A DNA stretch of 57,772 nt from Eubacteriales bacterium (lineage in GTDB: Bacteria; Bacillota; Clostridia; Oscillospirales; CAG-272), in NCBI GenBank assembly GCA_045632705.1, contig JAZQXE010000086.1:1-57772 (forward strand), read 5' to 3'. Shown here piece by piece: positions 1-8,784 of this stretch. Both the position numbers and the translations under genes were made by a program. The notes under the pieces are model-generated. The model was not told the origin of the DNA, made no database searches, and saw only the letters and a program-made list of their open reading frames with translations. Within the stretch, counting starts at the first letter, position 1. Each line of letters opens with the position of its first letter.

Positions 1-287
1 CGCCCCTGCGCTCCTTTTTAAAGGTGGAGCTGCCAAGCATACTCCCCGGCGTTCTCAGCGGATTTATTATGGCGTTTACCCTTTCTCTTGACGACTTTAT
101 CATCAGCCACTTTACAACAAGCGGCTTTGAGACTCTGCCGATATTCATCTATTCGATGACCAAGAAAAAGGTAAAACCCGATATGTACGCGCTCTCCACG
201 CTGATATTCGTAGCTATACTGGCGCTGCTTATCATTTCAAATATCATTTCTTCAAAATCCGAAAAGAAAAGCAAAAAGAAAAGATAG
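1..287 (+). CDS. potC: Spermidine/putrescine ABC transporter permease, C-terminal fragment (gene continues beyond the 5' window edge)
   Basis: The reading frame is open from nt 3 to the listed GTG at 24. The tail is a hydrophobic ABC-permease sequence (LPGVLSGFIMAFTLSLDDFIIS...). It lies directly upstream of a PotD-like binding protein. Confidence 0.7.
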   Translation, partial: PLRSFLKVELPSILPGVLSGFIMAFTLSLDDFIISHFTTSGFETLPIFIYSMTKKKVKPDMYALSTLIFVAILALLIISNIISSKSEKKSKKKR

Positions 288-326
288 ATCAAATTCGTTC
301 ATCTCGAAGGAGAACAAGTAAAGAAA

Positions 327-1550
327 TTGAAAAAGATCCTTTCTATATTTTTCGTGTTCCTGCTCGTTTTCTCGTCGGCGTGCATCTCATCAAGCGCCCT
401 GACGGTATCCGATCAGACGGACTACACTAAGCACTCGTCAACTACTCTCAACGTCTACAACTGGGGTGAATACATCTCAGACGGCAGCGAGGGGACCTTT
501 GACGTAATAGAAGAGTTTGAAAAACTGACGGGGATCAAGGTAAACTACGAGACCTACGACTCTAACGAATCAATGTATGCAAAGCTCAAGAGCGGAGCTA
601 CCAACTACGATATCGTTATTCCCTCCGACTATATGATAGCACGTCTGTGCGAGGAGGATATGCTCGAGGAGCTGGATCTCTCAAACATTCCCAACAGTAA
701 ATACATCGACTCAAAATACAAAGGGCTCTATTTCGACCCCGACGACAAATACAGCGTTCCCTATACCGCGGGATACGTTGGTCTTATATACAACACCGAG
801 GTCGTAACGGAAACGCCCGACTCCTGGAGCATTCTCTGGGACGAGGAATATATCGGTAAGATACTGATGATAAACAATCCGCGCGACGCGTTCGGCATCA
901 GTCAGTTTATGCTCGGACAGAGCGTCAACACGCAAAACGAGGACGAATGGTACGACGCCCTGCTCAAGCTCAAGGAGCAAAAGCCACTTGTCAAGGGTTA
1001 CGTCATGGACGAGATCTTTAACAAGATGGAATCGGGTGACGCCGCCATCGCCCCCTACTATGCCGGTGACTTTTTGACCATGTACTGCGAAAACGACAGT
1101 CTTGCTTTCATTTATCCAAAAGAGGGCACGAACGTTTTCGTTGACGCTATGTGCATACCGAAGGGCGCAAAGAATAAAGAAGCGGCTGAGCTCTTTATCA
1201 ACTATATGCTCGAGCCCGAGGTAGCGATAGCAAACGCAGAATATATCTGCTACGCATCCCCCTGCACCTCGGTATATACGGACCAGGGCTATATCGACAC
1301 GATGACGGAAATACACCCCGACGCGATGGAGATACTATACGGTACGGACGAGGTCAAGGCACAGTACTATGAGAACCTCCCCCAAAGCACCCTTTGGCTT
1401 ATGAATCATCTCTGGGAAGAACTGAAGGTAGACTCAGCGTCCGGAGTTGGCGTTTACGTTTTCAGCGGCTTGATAGTCGTTGGGCTCGTCGCACTGCTCA
1501 GCGTCAACGCAGCAAAAAAGAAAATGCGTGCCCGCTACTACGAAGATTAA
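327..1550 (+). CDS. potD: Spermidine/putrescine ABC transporter substrate-binding lipoprotein with an extra C-terminal hydrophobic segment
   Basis: 407 aa. N-terminal signal/lipobox-like MKKILSIFFVFLLVFSSAC and a PotD/PotF-type periplasmic binding body (LNVYNWGEYI, YDIVIPSDYM, FVDAMCIPKGAKNKEAA). TTG start; the SD AAGGAG lies rather far upstream (about 14 nt), so the start is uncertain. Confidence 0.8.
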   Translation: MKKILSIFFVFLLVFSSACISSSALTVSDQTDYTKHSSTTLNVYNWGEYISDGSEGTFDVIEEFEKLTGIKVNYETYDSNESMYAKLKSGATNYDIVIPSDYMIARLCEEDMLEELDLSNIPNSKYIDSKYKGLYFDPDDKYSVPYTAGYVGLIYNTEVVTETPDSWSILWDEEYIGKILMINNPRDAFGISQFMLGQSVNTQNEDEWYDALLKLKEQKPLVKGYVMDEIFNKMESGDAAIAPYYAGDFLTMYCENDSLAFIYPKEGTNVFVDAMCIPKGAKNKEAAELFINYMLEPEVAIANAEYICYASPCTSVYTDQGYIDTMTEIHPDAMEILYGTDEVKAQYYENLPQSTLWLMNHLWEELKVDSASGVGVYVFSGLIVVGLVALLSVNAAKKKMRARYYED

Positions 1551-1607
1551 CTATGAGGAGCAATACCTGCGGGTATTGCTCCGATATTTTGCAAAGAGGA
1601 CGAAACA

Positions 1608-2258
1608 ATGAAAAAAAGGCTTCTTACGATATACAAGGCTACCGCAGAAAAGAACAAGCTCCCTCTTCGACTTCTTCTTTCTGCCGGTGGTATCGTGACT
1701 ATGGGCTTTTGTATGTCCATAATAGAAAAGCTCCGCTTCGGCACTGACCCATATACTTGTCTTAACAACGGACTCTCACTTGCTACGGGACTTTCTCTCG
1801 GCACTTGGGGACTCATAGTTTCACTTGCCCTTTTCGTTATAGTAATTGCTCTGCGAGCTGACAAGATAGGATTCGGCACTCTTTTTAATATGGTGGGATT
1901 CGGCTATTCGATAGACCTTTTCAGATTCGTATGGAGCAAATGCGGCGTTAGCTTTGAGATAGAATCGTTCATTCTGCGCCTGGCGTTGCTTTTACTGATG
2001 CTTTTTGTGTTCATTCTCGCGGTATCGTTATACCTCGCCTCCGACCTCGGATGCGCCCCCTACGACGCGGTACCCGAGATAATTTCGGAAAAGAGCAAGA
2101 TACCCTTCGTTGCGGTCAGAATGTGCTGGGATATATGTGCCGTCGTTGGCGGAATACTGCTTGGAAGTGCTGTCGGTGTCACGACCGTCGTATGTGCCGT
2201 CGGTGTCGGCCCGTGTGCGCAGCTTACCAAAAATGCGGTAAACAAGCTCCTCAAATAA
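1608..2258 (+). CDS. Polytopic membrane protein, YczE/YitT-like (function unknown)
   Basis: 216 aa with several hydrophobic helices. SD AGAGGA upstream of the ATG. The family call is by overall resemblance only. Confidence 0.55.
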   Translation: MKKRLLTIYKATAEKNKLPLRLLLSAGGIVTMGFCMSIIEKLRFGTDPYTCLNNGLSLATGLSLGTWGLIVSLALFVIVIALRADKIGFGTLFNMVGFGYSIDLFRFVWSKCGVSFEIESFILRLALLLLMLFVFILAVSLYLASDLGCAPYDAVPEIISEKSKIPFVAVRMCWDICAVVGGILLGSAVGVTTVVCAVGVGPCAQLTKNAVNKLLK

Positions 2259-2269
2259 ACGCAAGGTAA

Positions 2270-2314
2270 AATGACGAAAATCGGAAAACAAACGCCGTTT
2301 TTCGTCATTTTTTG
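2270..2314 (+). terminator. Rho-independent terminator after the membrane-protein gene
   Basis: Arms AATGACGAAAA (2270-2280) and TTTTCGTCATT (2299-2309), followed by a T-run. Confidence 0.7.
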
Positions 2315-2382
2315 TTTGCATTTGAGGCAAAAAAATGATATAATAAAAGTAATAAGCAATATTACTCATTTCAGAGGTAACG

Positions 2383-4878
2383 ATGAAACGATTTAAAGTA
2401 ACGGGAATGAGCTGTGCCGCGTGCAGTGCGCGAGTAGAATCTGCGGTAAACAAGCTCGAGGGCACGCAACTGTGTACCGTAAATCTCCTGACCGGATATA
2501 TGAGCGTTGAAGGTAACGCAAGCGAATCGGAGATAATAGACGCCGTCACACGCGCGGGTTACGGTGCCAAGTTGCTCTTAAATTCAGACAAGCCGCTCCC
2601 CGAGGACGCTCAAAAAAACGCCGACAACGACAAAAAAAGCATCATTTGGCGCCTCGTTGTGTCCTGCGTTTTGCTTCTTTCGTTAATGTATATATCAATG
2701 GGGCACAATATGCTCTCGCTTCCTCTGCCGGCGCTCCTCTCTGACTCCCCTGCTCTCATCGGAATATGTCAGTTCTTTCTTTCGCTGGCAATATTGCTCA
2801 TAAACTGCAGATTTTTCATCTCGGGAGCAAAAGGCGTGCTGCACGGAGCGCCCAATATGGATACGCTCGTTGCTATCGGCTCGGGGGCGTCCTTCTTCTA
2901 TAGCTCCTGCCTTTTGATCCGTATATTCACGACAGCGCCCTACGAAGCACAAATGCATCTGCTGCACGGACTGTACTTTGAATCTGCAGCAATGATACTC
3001 ACTCTCATCACGGTGGGAAAGCTGCTTGAAGCAAGTTCAAAGAAAAAGACGACCGCCGCACTCAGTGGGCTTGTGAAGCTTTATCCTAAAAACGCAGTTC
3101 TGCTCGTTGACGGCAAGGAAATATCGGTAGATATCGACAAAGTGAAAAAGGGAGACGTTTTCGTCGTCCGGGCAGGTCAAAGCATACCTGTGGACGGTGT
3201 CGTTATCGAAGGAAACGCCTCCGTCGACCAATCCTCTCTCACGGGAGAGTCGGTCCCCGTTGAAAAAGGGATATCAAGCGAGGTCTACACCGCAACGACA
3301 AATACGAACGGATACATTGTGTGCAGAGCGACGAACGTCGGAGAAGACACGACGCTCTCACAGATAATAAGAACGGTCAACGACGCCGTCACGACGAAAG
3401 CTCCGATAGCGAAAGCGGCAGACAAGGCGGCAGGGGTATTCGTACCCGTCGTTATAACAATAGCCGCAATAAGCACGGCGGTATGGCTGATATGCGGTGC
3501 GGATATCGGATACGCTCTTGCCAGAGGAATATCCGTACTCGTTATAAGCTGCCCCTGCGCACTCGGGCTTGCAACCCCCGTAGCGATCATGGCGGCAAGC
3601 GGACGAGGAGCGGCAAACGGCATTCTCTTTAAAAATGCATCCGTGCTTGAGCTTGCGGGAAAGGCTCGGATAGTTGCGTTTGACAAAACGGGAACGCTCA
3701 CCAAGGGCGTACCTACCGTTACCGACGTTATCCTGCTCGGAGCAAGCGACGAGGAAACTCTTCTGTCGCACGCCTACGCACTTGAATCAAAGAGCGAGCA
3801 TCCGCTCGCACGCGCTGTCGTCTCGTACGCAGAGGCAAGAGGCGCAAGCTGTCCCGAATGTTCGGAGGTCAAGATACTGACGGGTACGGGCATATCCGCT
3901 ACCGTCGGAGGTGAGGAGTGCTTTTGCGGTAACGAAAAGCTCGTTGAGAGTGTAGCCGTCGTAAACGACGAAGCAAAAGAAAAAGCCGTACTGCTCGCAA
4001 AGGAAGGCAAAACGCCCCTGTTTTTCGCAAAAGGCGGCACGCTCATCGGTATAATAGCCGTTTCGGACGAGCTGAAGGAGGACAGCGCGCAAGCCGTCAA
4101 GTCGCTGCGCGAGGCAGGCATTGAAGTCGTGATGATAACGGGAGATAACGAGAACACCGCGCAGGCGGTAGCAAGCAAGCTCGGTATCAGCTCGGTCATG
4201 GCGGGAGTTCTGCCTACCGAAAAGGAAGCGGCAATAAGAAAGCTAAAAGAAAACGGCACGGTCGTTATGGTCGGAGACGGTATAAACGACGCCCCTGCAC
4301 TCTGCTCTGCCGACGTTCCGATAGCGATAGGCGCAGGCTCTCAAATAGCGCTGGACAGTGCCGAGATAGTGTTGCCGGGCAACAGCGTATACGACGTCGT
4401 CCGTACGATCAAGCTATCACGCAAGACTCTTCGCATAATACGGCAAAATCTTTTCTGGGCGTTTTTCTACAACGCTCTCGGAATACCGCTGGCGGCGGGT
4501 GTGTTCGTTAGTCTTACGGGATGGGAGCTTGAGCCGATGTTTGGCGCAGCGGCAATGAGCATGTCGAGTCTGTTCGTAGTGCTAAACGCTCTGCGGCTCA
4601 ATTACGTTGATATAGGAAACGATAAAAAAGGATCAAGATCCACCCACATAGAAAGGAAGAAAAAGAAAATGAAAAAGACGATGAAGATCGAAGGTATGAT
4701 GTGCCCGCACTGCGAGGCAAGAGTCAGATCTATACTCGAGGGTATAGACGGCGTTGAGAGCGCAGAGGTCAGCCACAAAAACGGTACCGCTATCCTCACG
4801 CTGACAAACGACGTAGAAAACGACGTCCTCGTATCAAAGGTCAGCTCCGAGGGTTACCGCGTGACCGACTGCAAGTGA
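2383..4878 (+). CDS. copA: Copper-translocating P1B-type ATPase with N-terminal and C-terminal heavy-metal-associated domains
   Basis: 831 aa. N-terminal HMA GMSCAACSARVE, TM CPC motif SCPCALGLATP, phosphorylation site DKTGTLT, GDGINDAP hinge, and a C-terminal second HMA MMCPHCEARV. Confidence 0.95.
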   Translation: MKRFKVTGMSCAACSARVESAVNKLEGTQLCTVNLLTGYMSVEGNASESEIIDAVTRAGYGAKLLLNSDKPLPEDAQKNADNDKKSIIWRLVVSCVLLLSLMYISMGHNMLSLPLPALLSDSPALIGICQFFLSLAILLINCRFFISGAKGVLHGAPNMDTLVAIGSGASFFYSSCLLIRIFTTAPYEAQMHLLHGLYFESAAMILTLITVGKLLEASSKKKTTAALSGLVKLYPKNAVLLVDGKEISVDIDKVKKGDVFVVRAGQSIPVDGVVIEGNASVDQSSLTGESVPVEKGISSEVYTATTNTNGYIVCRATNVGEDTTLSQIIRTVNDAVTTKAPIAKAADKAAGVFVPVVITIAAISTAVWLICGADIGYALARGISVLVISCPCALGLATPVAIMAASGRGAANGILFKNASVLELAGKARIVAFDKTGTLTKGVPTVTDVILLGASDEETLLSHAYALESKSEHPLARAVVSYAEARGASCPECSEVKILTGTGISATVGGEECFCGNEKLVESVAVVNDEAKEKAVLLAKEGKTPLFFAKGGTLIGIIAVSDELKEDSAQAVKSLREAGIEVVMITGDNENTAQAVASKLGISSVMAGVLPTEKEAAIRKLKENGTVVMVGDGINDAPALCSADVPIAIGAGSQIALDSAEIVLPGNSVYDVVRTIKLSRKTLRIIRQNLFWAFFYNALGIPLAAGVFVSLTGWELEPMFGAAAMSMSSLFVVLNALRLNYVDIGNDKKGSRSTHIERKKKKMKKTMKIEGMMCPHCEARVRSILEGIDGVESAEVSHKNGTAILTLTNDVENDVLVSKVSSEGYRVTDCK

Positions 4879-4901
4879 CCATCAAGCGTACAAAACTTTC
4901 A

Positions 4902-4938
4902 AAATATCGGATGGGAAACGCCCATCCGATATTTTTTT
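4902..4938. terminator. Bidirectional intrinsic terminator after copA
   Basis: Arms AAATATCGGATGGG and CCCATCCGATATTT with loop AAACG, flanked by A- and T-runs. Confidence 0.8.
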
Positions 4939-4978
4939 ATATCCATTCCTTTTTTTGCAACAAGTTGTCAATAATATA

Positions 4979-5007
4979 TTGATTGGAAGACATTTTTGAT
5001 GTACAAT
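4979..5007 (+). promoter_or_regulatory. Candidate sigma-A promoter for the dockerin protein gene
   Basis: TTGATT (4979-4984), 17-nt spacer, TACAAT (5002-5007), about 45 nt upstream of the ATG at 5051. Confidence 0.4.
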
Positions 5008-5050
5008 ATATACAATTATGTTCAATGCCTCAATATTACTTGGAGGAATT

Positions 5051-8000
5051 ATGAAAAACAAAGCCATTTCACTTATCGTGTCTCTTTCCTTTTTGCTCTC
5101 GTCAGCGCCCCTTTACACGTCAGCTGACGCTGTCAATGCGAAAAGCACAACGGATACGCTCCACTCAATATCCGAGCTGAATCTCGAAGCGGACGCGCTC
5201 GACTCGCATAGCGGCGTCACCTCGCTCAGTACGCTTGAAAGCGACTACCGACGCTCGTACAGAATAGACAACGAGGAGTTTATAGACGAGGGATACATCT
5301 GGTATCCGAGAACAAAAAAACTCTCGAGCGGCAAATACATAATGTTTTTCCAGGATGGAAGATGGGGTCCTAATATATACTATACCCTCTCCGACGACGG
5401 ACTCAATTGGGAAAAGCCGACGTATCTGTTCAAGGCTCATATAACCGAGGACGGTAAATTCTTGAGAAATTACGCGACCGCAGACGCTATTGAGCTTGAA
5501 AACGGAGACATACTCGTTTCGGCTATCTTCCAGCCCTCGAGAATAAGCTCCGACACCCCTGCCGTCAGCCGTTGGGATATGCTCAATCGCGGAATCATCA
5601 CCAAGATATCGCACGACGGCGGTCAGAGCTTTGAGGACGAGCAGATAATCTACCACGGCAGATGCTGGGAGCCGAGCTTTTTGCAGCTTCCCGACGGCTC
5701 GGTGCAAATGTACTTTACTCAGTCAGGTCCCAAGGACGCCGTCTACGGCTCTGCTCTCGGCTCGCACGTTTCAAGCGGCGTTGGTATGTTCACGTCCTGC
5801 GACAACGGTGCAAGCTGGACGCCGACCACCCTCACCTATCCTTACGTTACGAAAAGAATAGTGCAAAATCCGATATACGAGTATAACGGCATCACGATAC
5901 TGACAGACCAGATGCCGGTTTCCGTTCTCTTGCACGACAACGAAACGATCGTAATGGTCGTTGAAAGTATGCGCCCCGATCAAAGCGGACACAGTACGAG
6001 TATCATCCGCTCTCACGATTTCTTTGAAACGACGCTGGAGGAAGACGAATACGGTCCCTCCGACAGAGACGACTTCATAGTATCGGGAGCCGCCCCTTAC
6101 ATAGCGCAGTTCCCCTCGGGTGAGATCGCGATATCAAACTTCCACTCACACAAGCACAAGGTATATCTCGGAAACGAGCTCGGCACGGAATTTGATTTTA
6201 CGCGCGCCTATATTCCCTTAAAAAATCAGACGGTAGCTATGTGGGGAGACCTGTTTGTAGCAGACAGCCACACCCTCATTGCAAGCGCAGGTGATACGAT
6301 AGTTGAAGCCGGCGTAGAGCTGAATCTCACATCAAGCGGAATGGGCTTTGGTACTATGGTATTAAATCATAGGATCGACGCAAAGAAGCTCACGGCAACC
6401 ATCGACGCGTCAAGTACAGAATGGGCAAACAACACCGACGCTCTGTTCGTCGGAAGCGAGTCTCAGGCACAAGTTTCCGTCCGCTACGCTCACGACGAAA
6501 ACTACGTATACGCTCTGGCAGAGGTACTCGACGACGACGTCTGCTCCTCTGACGCTATCACGTTATACCTCAAAGGCGAAAGCTCGGACGAGGTTATAGT
6601 CGCTATGGTAAACTCAAAAGGCGAGTACACCGTAAAGAAAAACACCTCCTCCGCTCAGCAGAGCGTCAGCGGTGTCGCATGCAGCGTAAAAAAATACACC
6701 TCGCAACTCAAGGGATACGCCGTTGAGCTGGCGCTCCCCATCTCGCTTTTCTCGGGTGAGGGGACGCTCAGAACCTTCGTCAAGCTGACGAACAAGGACG
6801 GGGGTAAAACCTACGTCGATACCTTTGACGGCGTGAGTGAATCTGACGATAGCACATGGCACATGATAGTACTTTCAAGTACTCTTGCTCTCCCCAACGT
6901 CTACTCAAGCGAAAGCGTTAGCGTATGGGACGGAGTAAGTGCCAACGTCGGCTGGTATGCAAAAAACACGGAGGCTGATGAATTTTTCATAAATTCAGCC
7001 GAAGAGCTCTACGGCTTGTCACTTCTCTGCTCTTACTTTGACAGCGGAGCAAGCCTGCTCAGAAATTCAAGACTCTACTACGACTCGGAGTATAACGTAA
7101 TACTCGACAAAGAAAAAATAACCGACGCTACCCCCTACGTCAAGGGAACGAAGCTCGTCGGAGAAACGATCCGACTGACCTGCGACGTTGACCTTGACTC
7201 ACACCGGTTCTTGCCTATCGGAAGCACGGGCTCGTTCCAAGGACTTATCTTTGATGGAGGCGGCCACACGATAAAGAATCTCTACGTAAACGCCGAGACG
7301 GCAATGCACAAAACGCTCACCACACAGTACTTCTTCGGTCTTTTTGCGGCAACCGCTTCAAACTGTACAGTACAAAATCTGCGCATTGAAGATCCCGTAT
7401 ACGACGTAAACGTACCGAGCAGCGCAAAGAGCATCTACCTCGGAGGCATATCCGCTTATTCAACGGGCAATACGGCATTTTACGACTGTATAGTCGATCA
7501 TCCGAAGATAATTTACCGTCCGGCAGACGGGATCCAACCCACCGCGTGCCTTTTCGGAGGTCTCATCGGTAAATACGAGACGCCCCAAAGACACGAAAAC
7601 GTAACGGTTTACGACTACGAGATAGTAGACGAGAAAGATCTCGGAAACTGGACGAGCGACTCGTCACTTCTCTTTGGAAGAATAACGAAAACGGGGGTAA
7701 GCGCAAGCTTTTACAAGTGTAAGGTCTACGAAAAAGAAGAAATACTCATAAGAAAAGAAACTCCCGTCTGGGACGGAGTGAGCGCCAACGTCGGATGGTA
7801 CGCAAAAAACACGGAGGCCCCGGCCTTCTACGTTTCAAACGGCGAGGAGCTGTACGCACTCTCTCTGCTTTGCTCATCCTTTGATCCGAAGGGCAGTTTG
7901 TTTGGCGATGCGAAGCTCTATTACGACGAAAACTACGACGTTATCTTTGACAGATCAAAGATAAACGAAAATACCGCCTACGTTACAGGAACGAAACTCG

Positions 8001-8767
8001 TCGGAGAGATAGTCAAGCTCAGCGCAGATATTGACCTTGGCGGACACGTATTCCTTCCGATAGGAAGCTCCGGCTCATATCAGGGCAAATATTTTGACGG
8101 ATGCGGTTATACTATCAAAAACTTGTACGTCGATCCAACGACCGCATTACACAAGGCACAGCCGAATCAGTATTATTTCGGACTTTTTGCGGCTATCGCG
8201 TCAAACTGTACGGTACTCAATCTAAACATTGAAAACGTCGTATTTGATATCAACGTCAACGCAAATGCAAAATACGTGTATGCGGGAGGTCTTTCCGCTT
8301 TCATAACCGGCTCTACCAAATTTACTAATTGCACCGTCGCGGGACTTACCATTAACTACTCACCCGCCGAGGCCTTCTCTCCCACAAGTTGTATGATAGG
8401 AGCTATGGTCGGTAAATTCCACACCGCTCAAACAAACTCAAACGTACACGTTTGGGATCTGGTATTAAACGACTCATACGGACGCGGCGACTACGAGAGT
8501 CACGAGAGCCTCTACTACGGCGTCTGCGTCAACACGACGCTGCCTCCGAGCTTTGAAAATTGTTCGGTCAAGCGTAAGATGCAGGCTGATTACGGTGACT
8601 ACAACGGTGACGGCAGCATCACAAATGAAGACCTGAGCATTCTCATCAGAGCCCTCTCGGGATGGAACGTCGCCTGCGAGGTGTATGATCTCAACTCGGA
8701 CGGCAAGGTCTCAAACAGAGACGCGCTCAGGATCATTGTTCTTCTCTGCGACCCTACCACACCGTAA
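5051..8767 (+). CDS. Secreted multidomain protein: Asp-box (BNR) beta-propeller glycosidase-like domain, CBM9-like domain, two 281-aa GLUG-type modules, C-terminal dockerin
   Basis: Start moved to ATG 5051 (GGAGG at 5042-5046), which gives the signal peptide MKNKAISLIVSLSFLLSSAPLYTSADA. Asp-boxes SDDGLNW, SHDGGQSF, SCDNGASW. Duplicated modules start at 6923 and 7766. Dockerin DYNGDGSITNEDL...DLNSDGKVSNRDAL. Confidence 0.85.
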   Translation: MKNKAISLIVSLSFLLSSAPLYTSADAVNAKSTTDTLHSISELNLEADALDSHSGVTSLSTLESDYRRSYRIDNEEFIDEGYIWYPRTKKLSSGKYIMFFQDGRWGPNIYYTLSDDGLNWEKPTYLFKAHITEDGKFLRNYATADAIELENGDILVSAIFQPSRISSDTPAVSRWDMLNRGIITKISHDGGQSFEDEQIIYHGRCWEPSFLQLPDGSVQMYFTQSGPKDAVYGSALGSHVSSGVGMFTSCDNGASWTPTTLTYPYVTKRIVQNPIYEYNGITILTDQMPVSVLLHDNETIVMVVESMRPDQSGHSTSIIRSHDFFETTLEEDEYGPSDRDDFIVSGAAPYIAQFPSGEIAISNFHSHKHKVYLGNELGTEFDFTRAYIPLKNQTVAMWGDLFVADSHTLIASAGDTIVEAGVELNLTSSGMGFGTMVLNHRIDAKKLTATIDASSTEWANNTDALFVGSESQAQVSVRYAHDENYVYALAEVLDDDVCSSDAITLYLKGESSDEVIVAMVNSKGEYTVKKNTSSAQQSVSGVACSVKKYTSQLKGYAVELALPISLFSGEGTLRTFVKLTNKDGGKTYVDTFDGVSESDDSTWHMIVLSSTLALPNVYSSESVSVWDGVSANVGWYAKNTEADEFFINSAEELYGLSLLCSYFDSGASLLRNSRLYYDSEYNVILDKEKITDATPYVKGTKLVGETIRLTCDVDLDSHRFLPIGSTGSFQGLIFDGGGHTIKNLYVNAETAMHKTLTTQYFFGLFAATASNCTVQNLRIEDPVYDVNVPSSAKSIYLGGISAYSTGNTAFYDCIVDHPKIIYRPADGIQPTACLFGGLIGKYETPQRHENVTVYDYEIVDEKDLGNWTSDSSLLFGRITKTGVSASFYKCKVYEKEEILIRKETPVWDGVSANVGWYAKNTEAPAFYVSNGEELYALSLLCSSFDPKGSLFGDAKLYYDENYDVIFDRSKINENTAYVTGTKLVGEIVKLSADIDLGGHVFLPIGSSGSYQGKYFDGCGYTIKNLYVDPTTALHKAQPNQYYFGLFAAIASNCTVLNLNIENVVFDINVNANAKYVYAGGLSAFITGSTKFTNCTVAGLTINYSPAEAFSPTSCMIGAMVGKFHTAQTNSNVHVWDLVLNDSYGRGDYESHESLYYGVCVNTTLPPSFENCSVKRKMQADYGDYNGDGSITNEDLSILIRALSGWNVACEVYDLNSDGKVSNRDALRIIVLLCDPTTP
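6923..8590 (+). repeat. Intragenic tandem duplication, two copies of about 843 bp (281 codons each)
   Basis: Both copies begin VWDGVSANVGWYAKNTEA and share LPIGS.GS.QG..FDG.G.TIKNLYV, Y(F/Y)FGLFAA.ASNCTV.NL.IE and GG(I/L)SA(Y/F). The offset 7766-6923 is 843 nt. Confidence 0.85.
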
Positions 8768-8784
8768 AAACGGAGGTATGATGA

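Noticed and set aside
711-1316. Long antisense or out-of-frame ORFs inside confidently assigned genes, for example 711-1316, 3285-3704, 3774-4259, 12804-13277, 22635-23405, 45697-46479, 46952-47803 and 48649-49272.
   Set aside because: These are shadow ORFs typical of G+C-rich coding DNA. They have Arg/Ser/Val-rich compositions, no SD, and each fully overlaps a gene with clear family motifs.
5051-6900. Naming the N-terminal Asp-box propeller domains of the two paralogs as exo-alpha-sialidase (GH33).
   Set aside because: Asp-boxes alone are not diagnostic. The expected RIP-type arginine motif is not conserved between the paralogs (SYRIDN versus SYFIKN). Only a generic BNR-propeller, glycosidase-like call is made.
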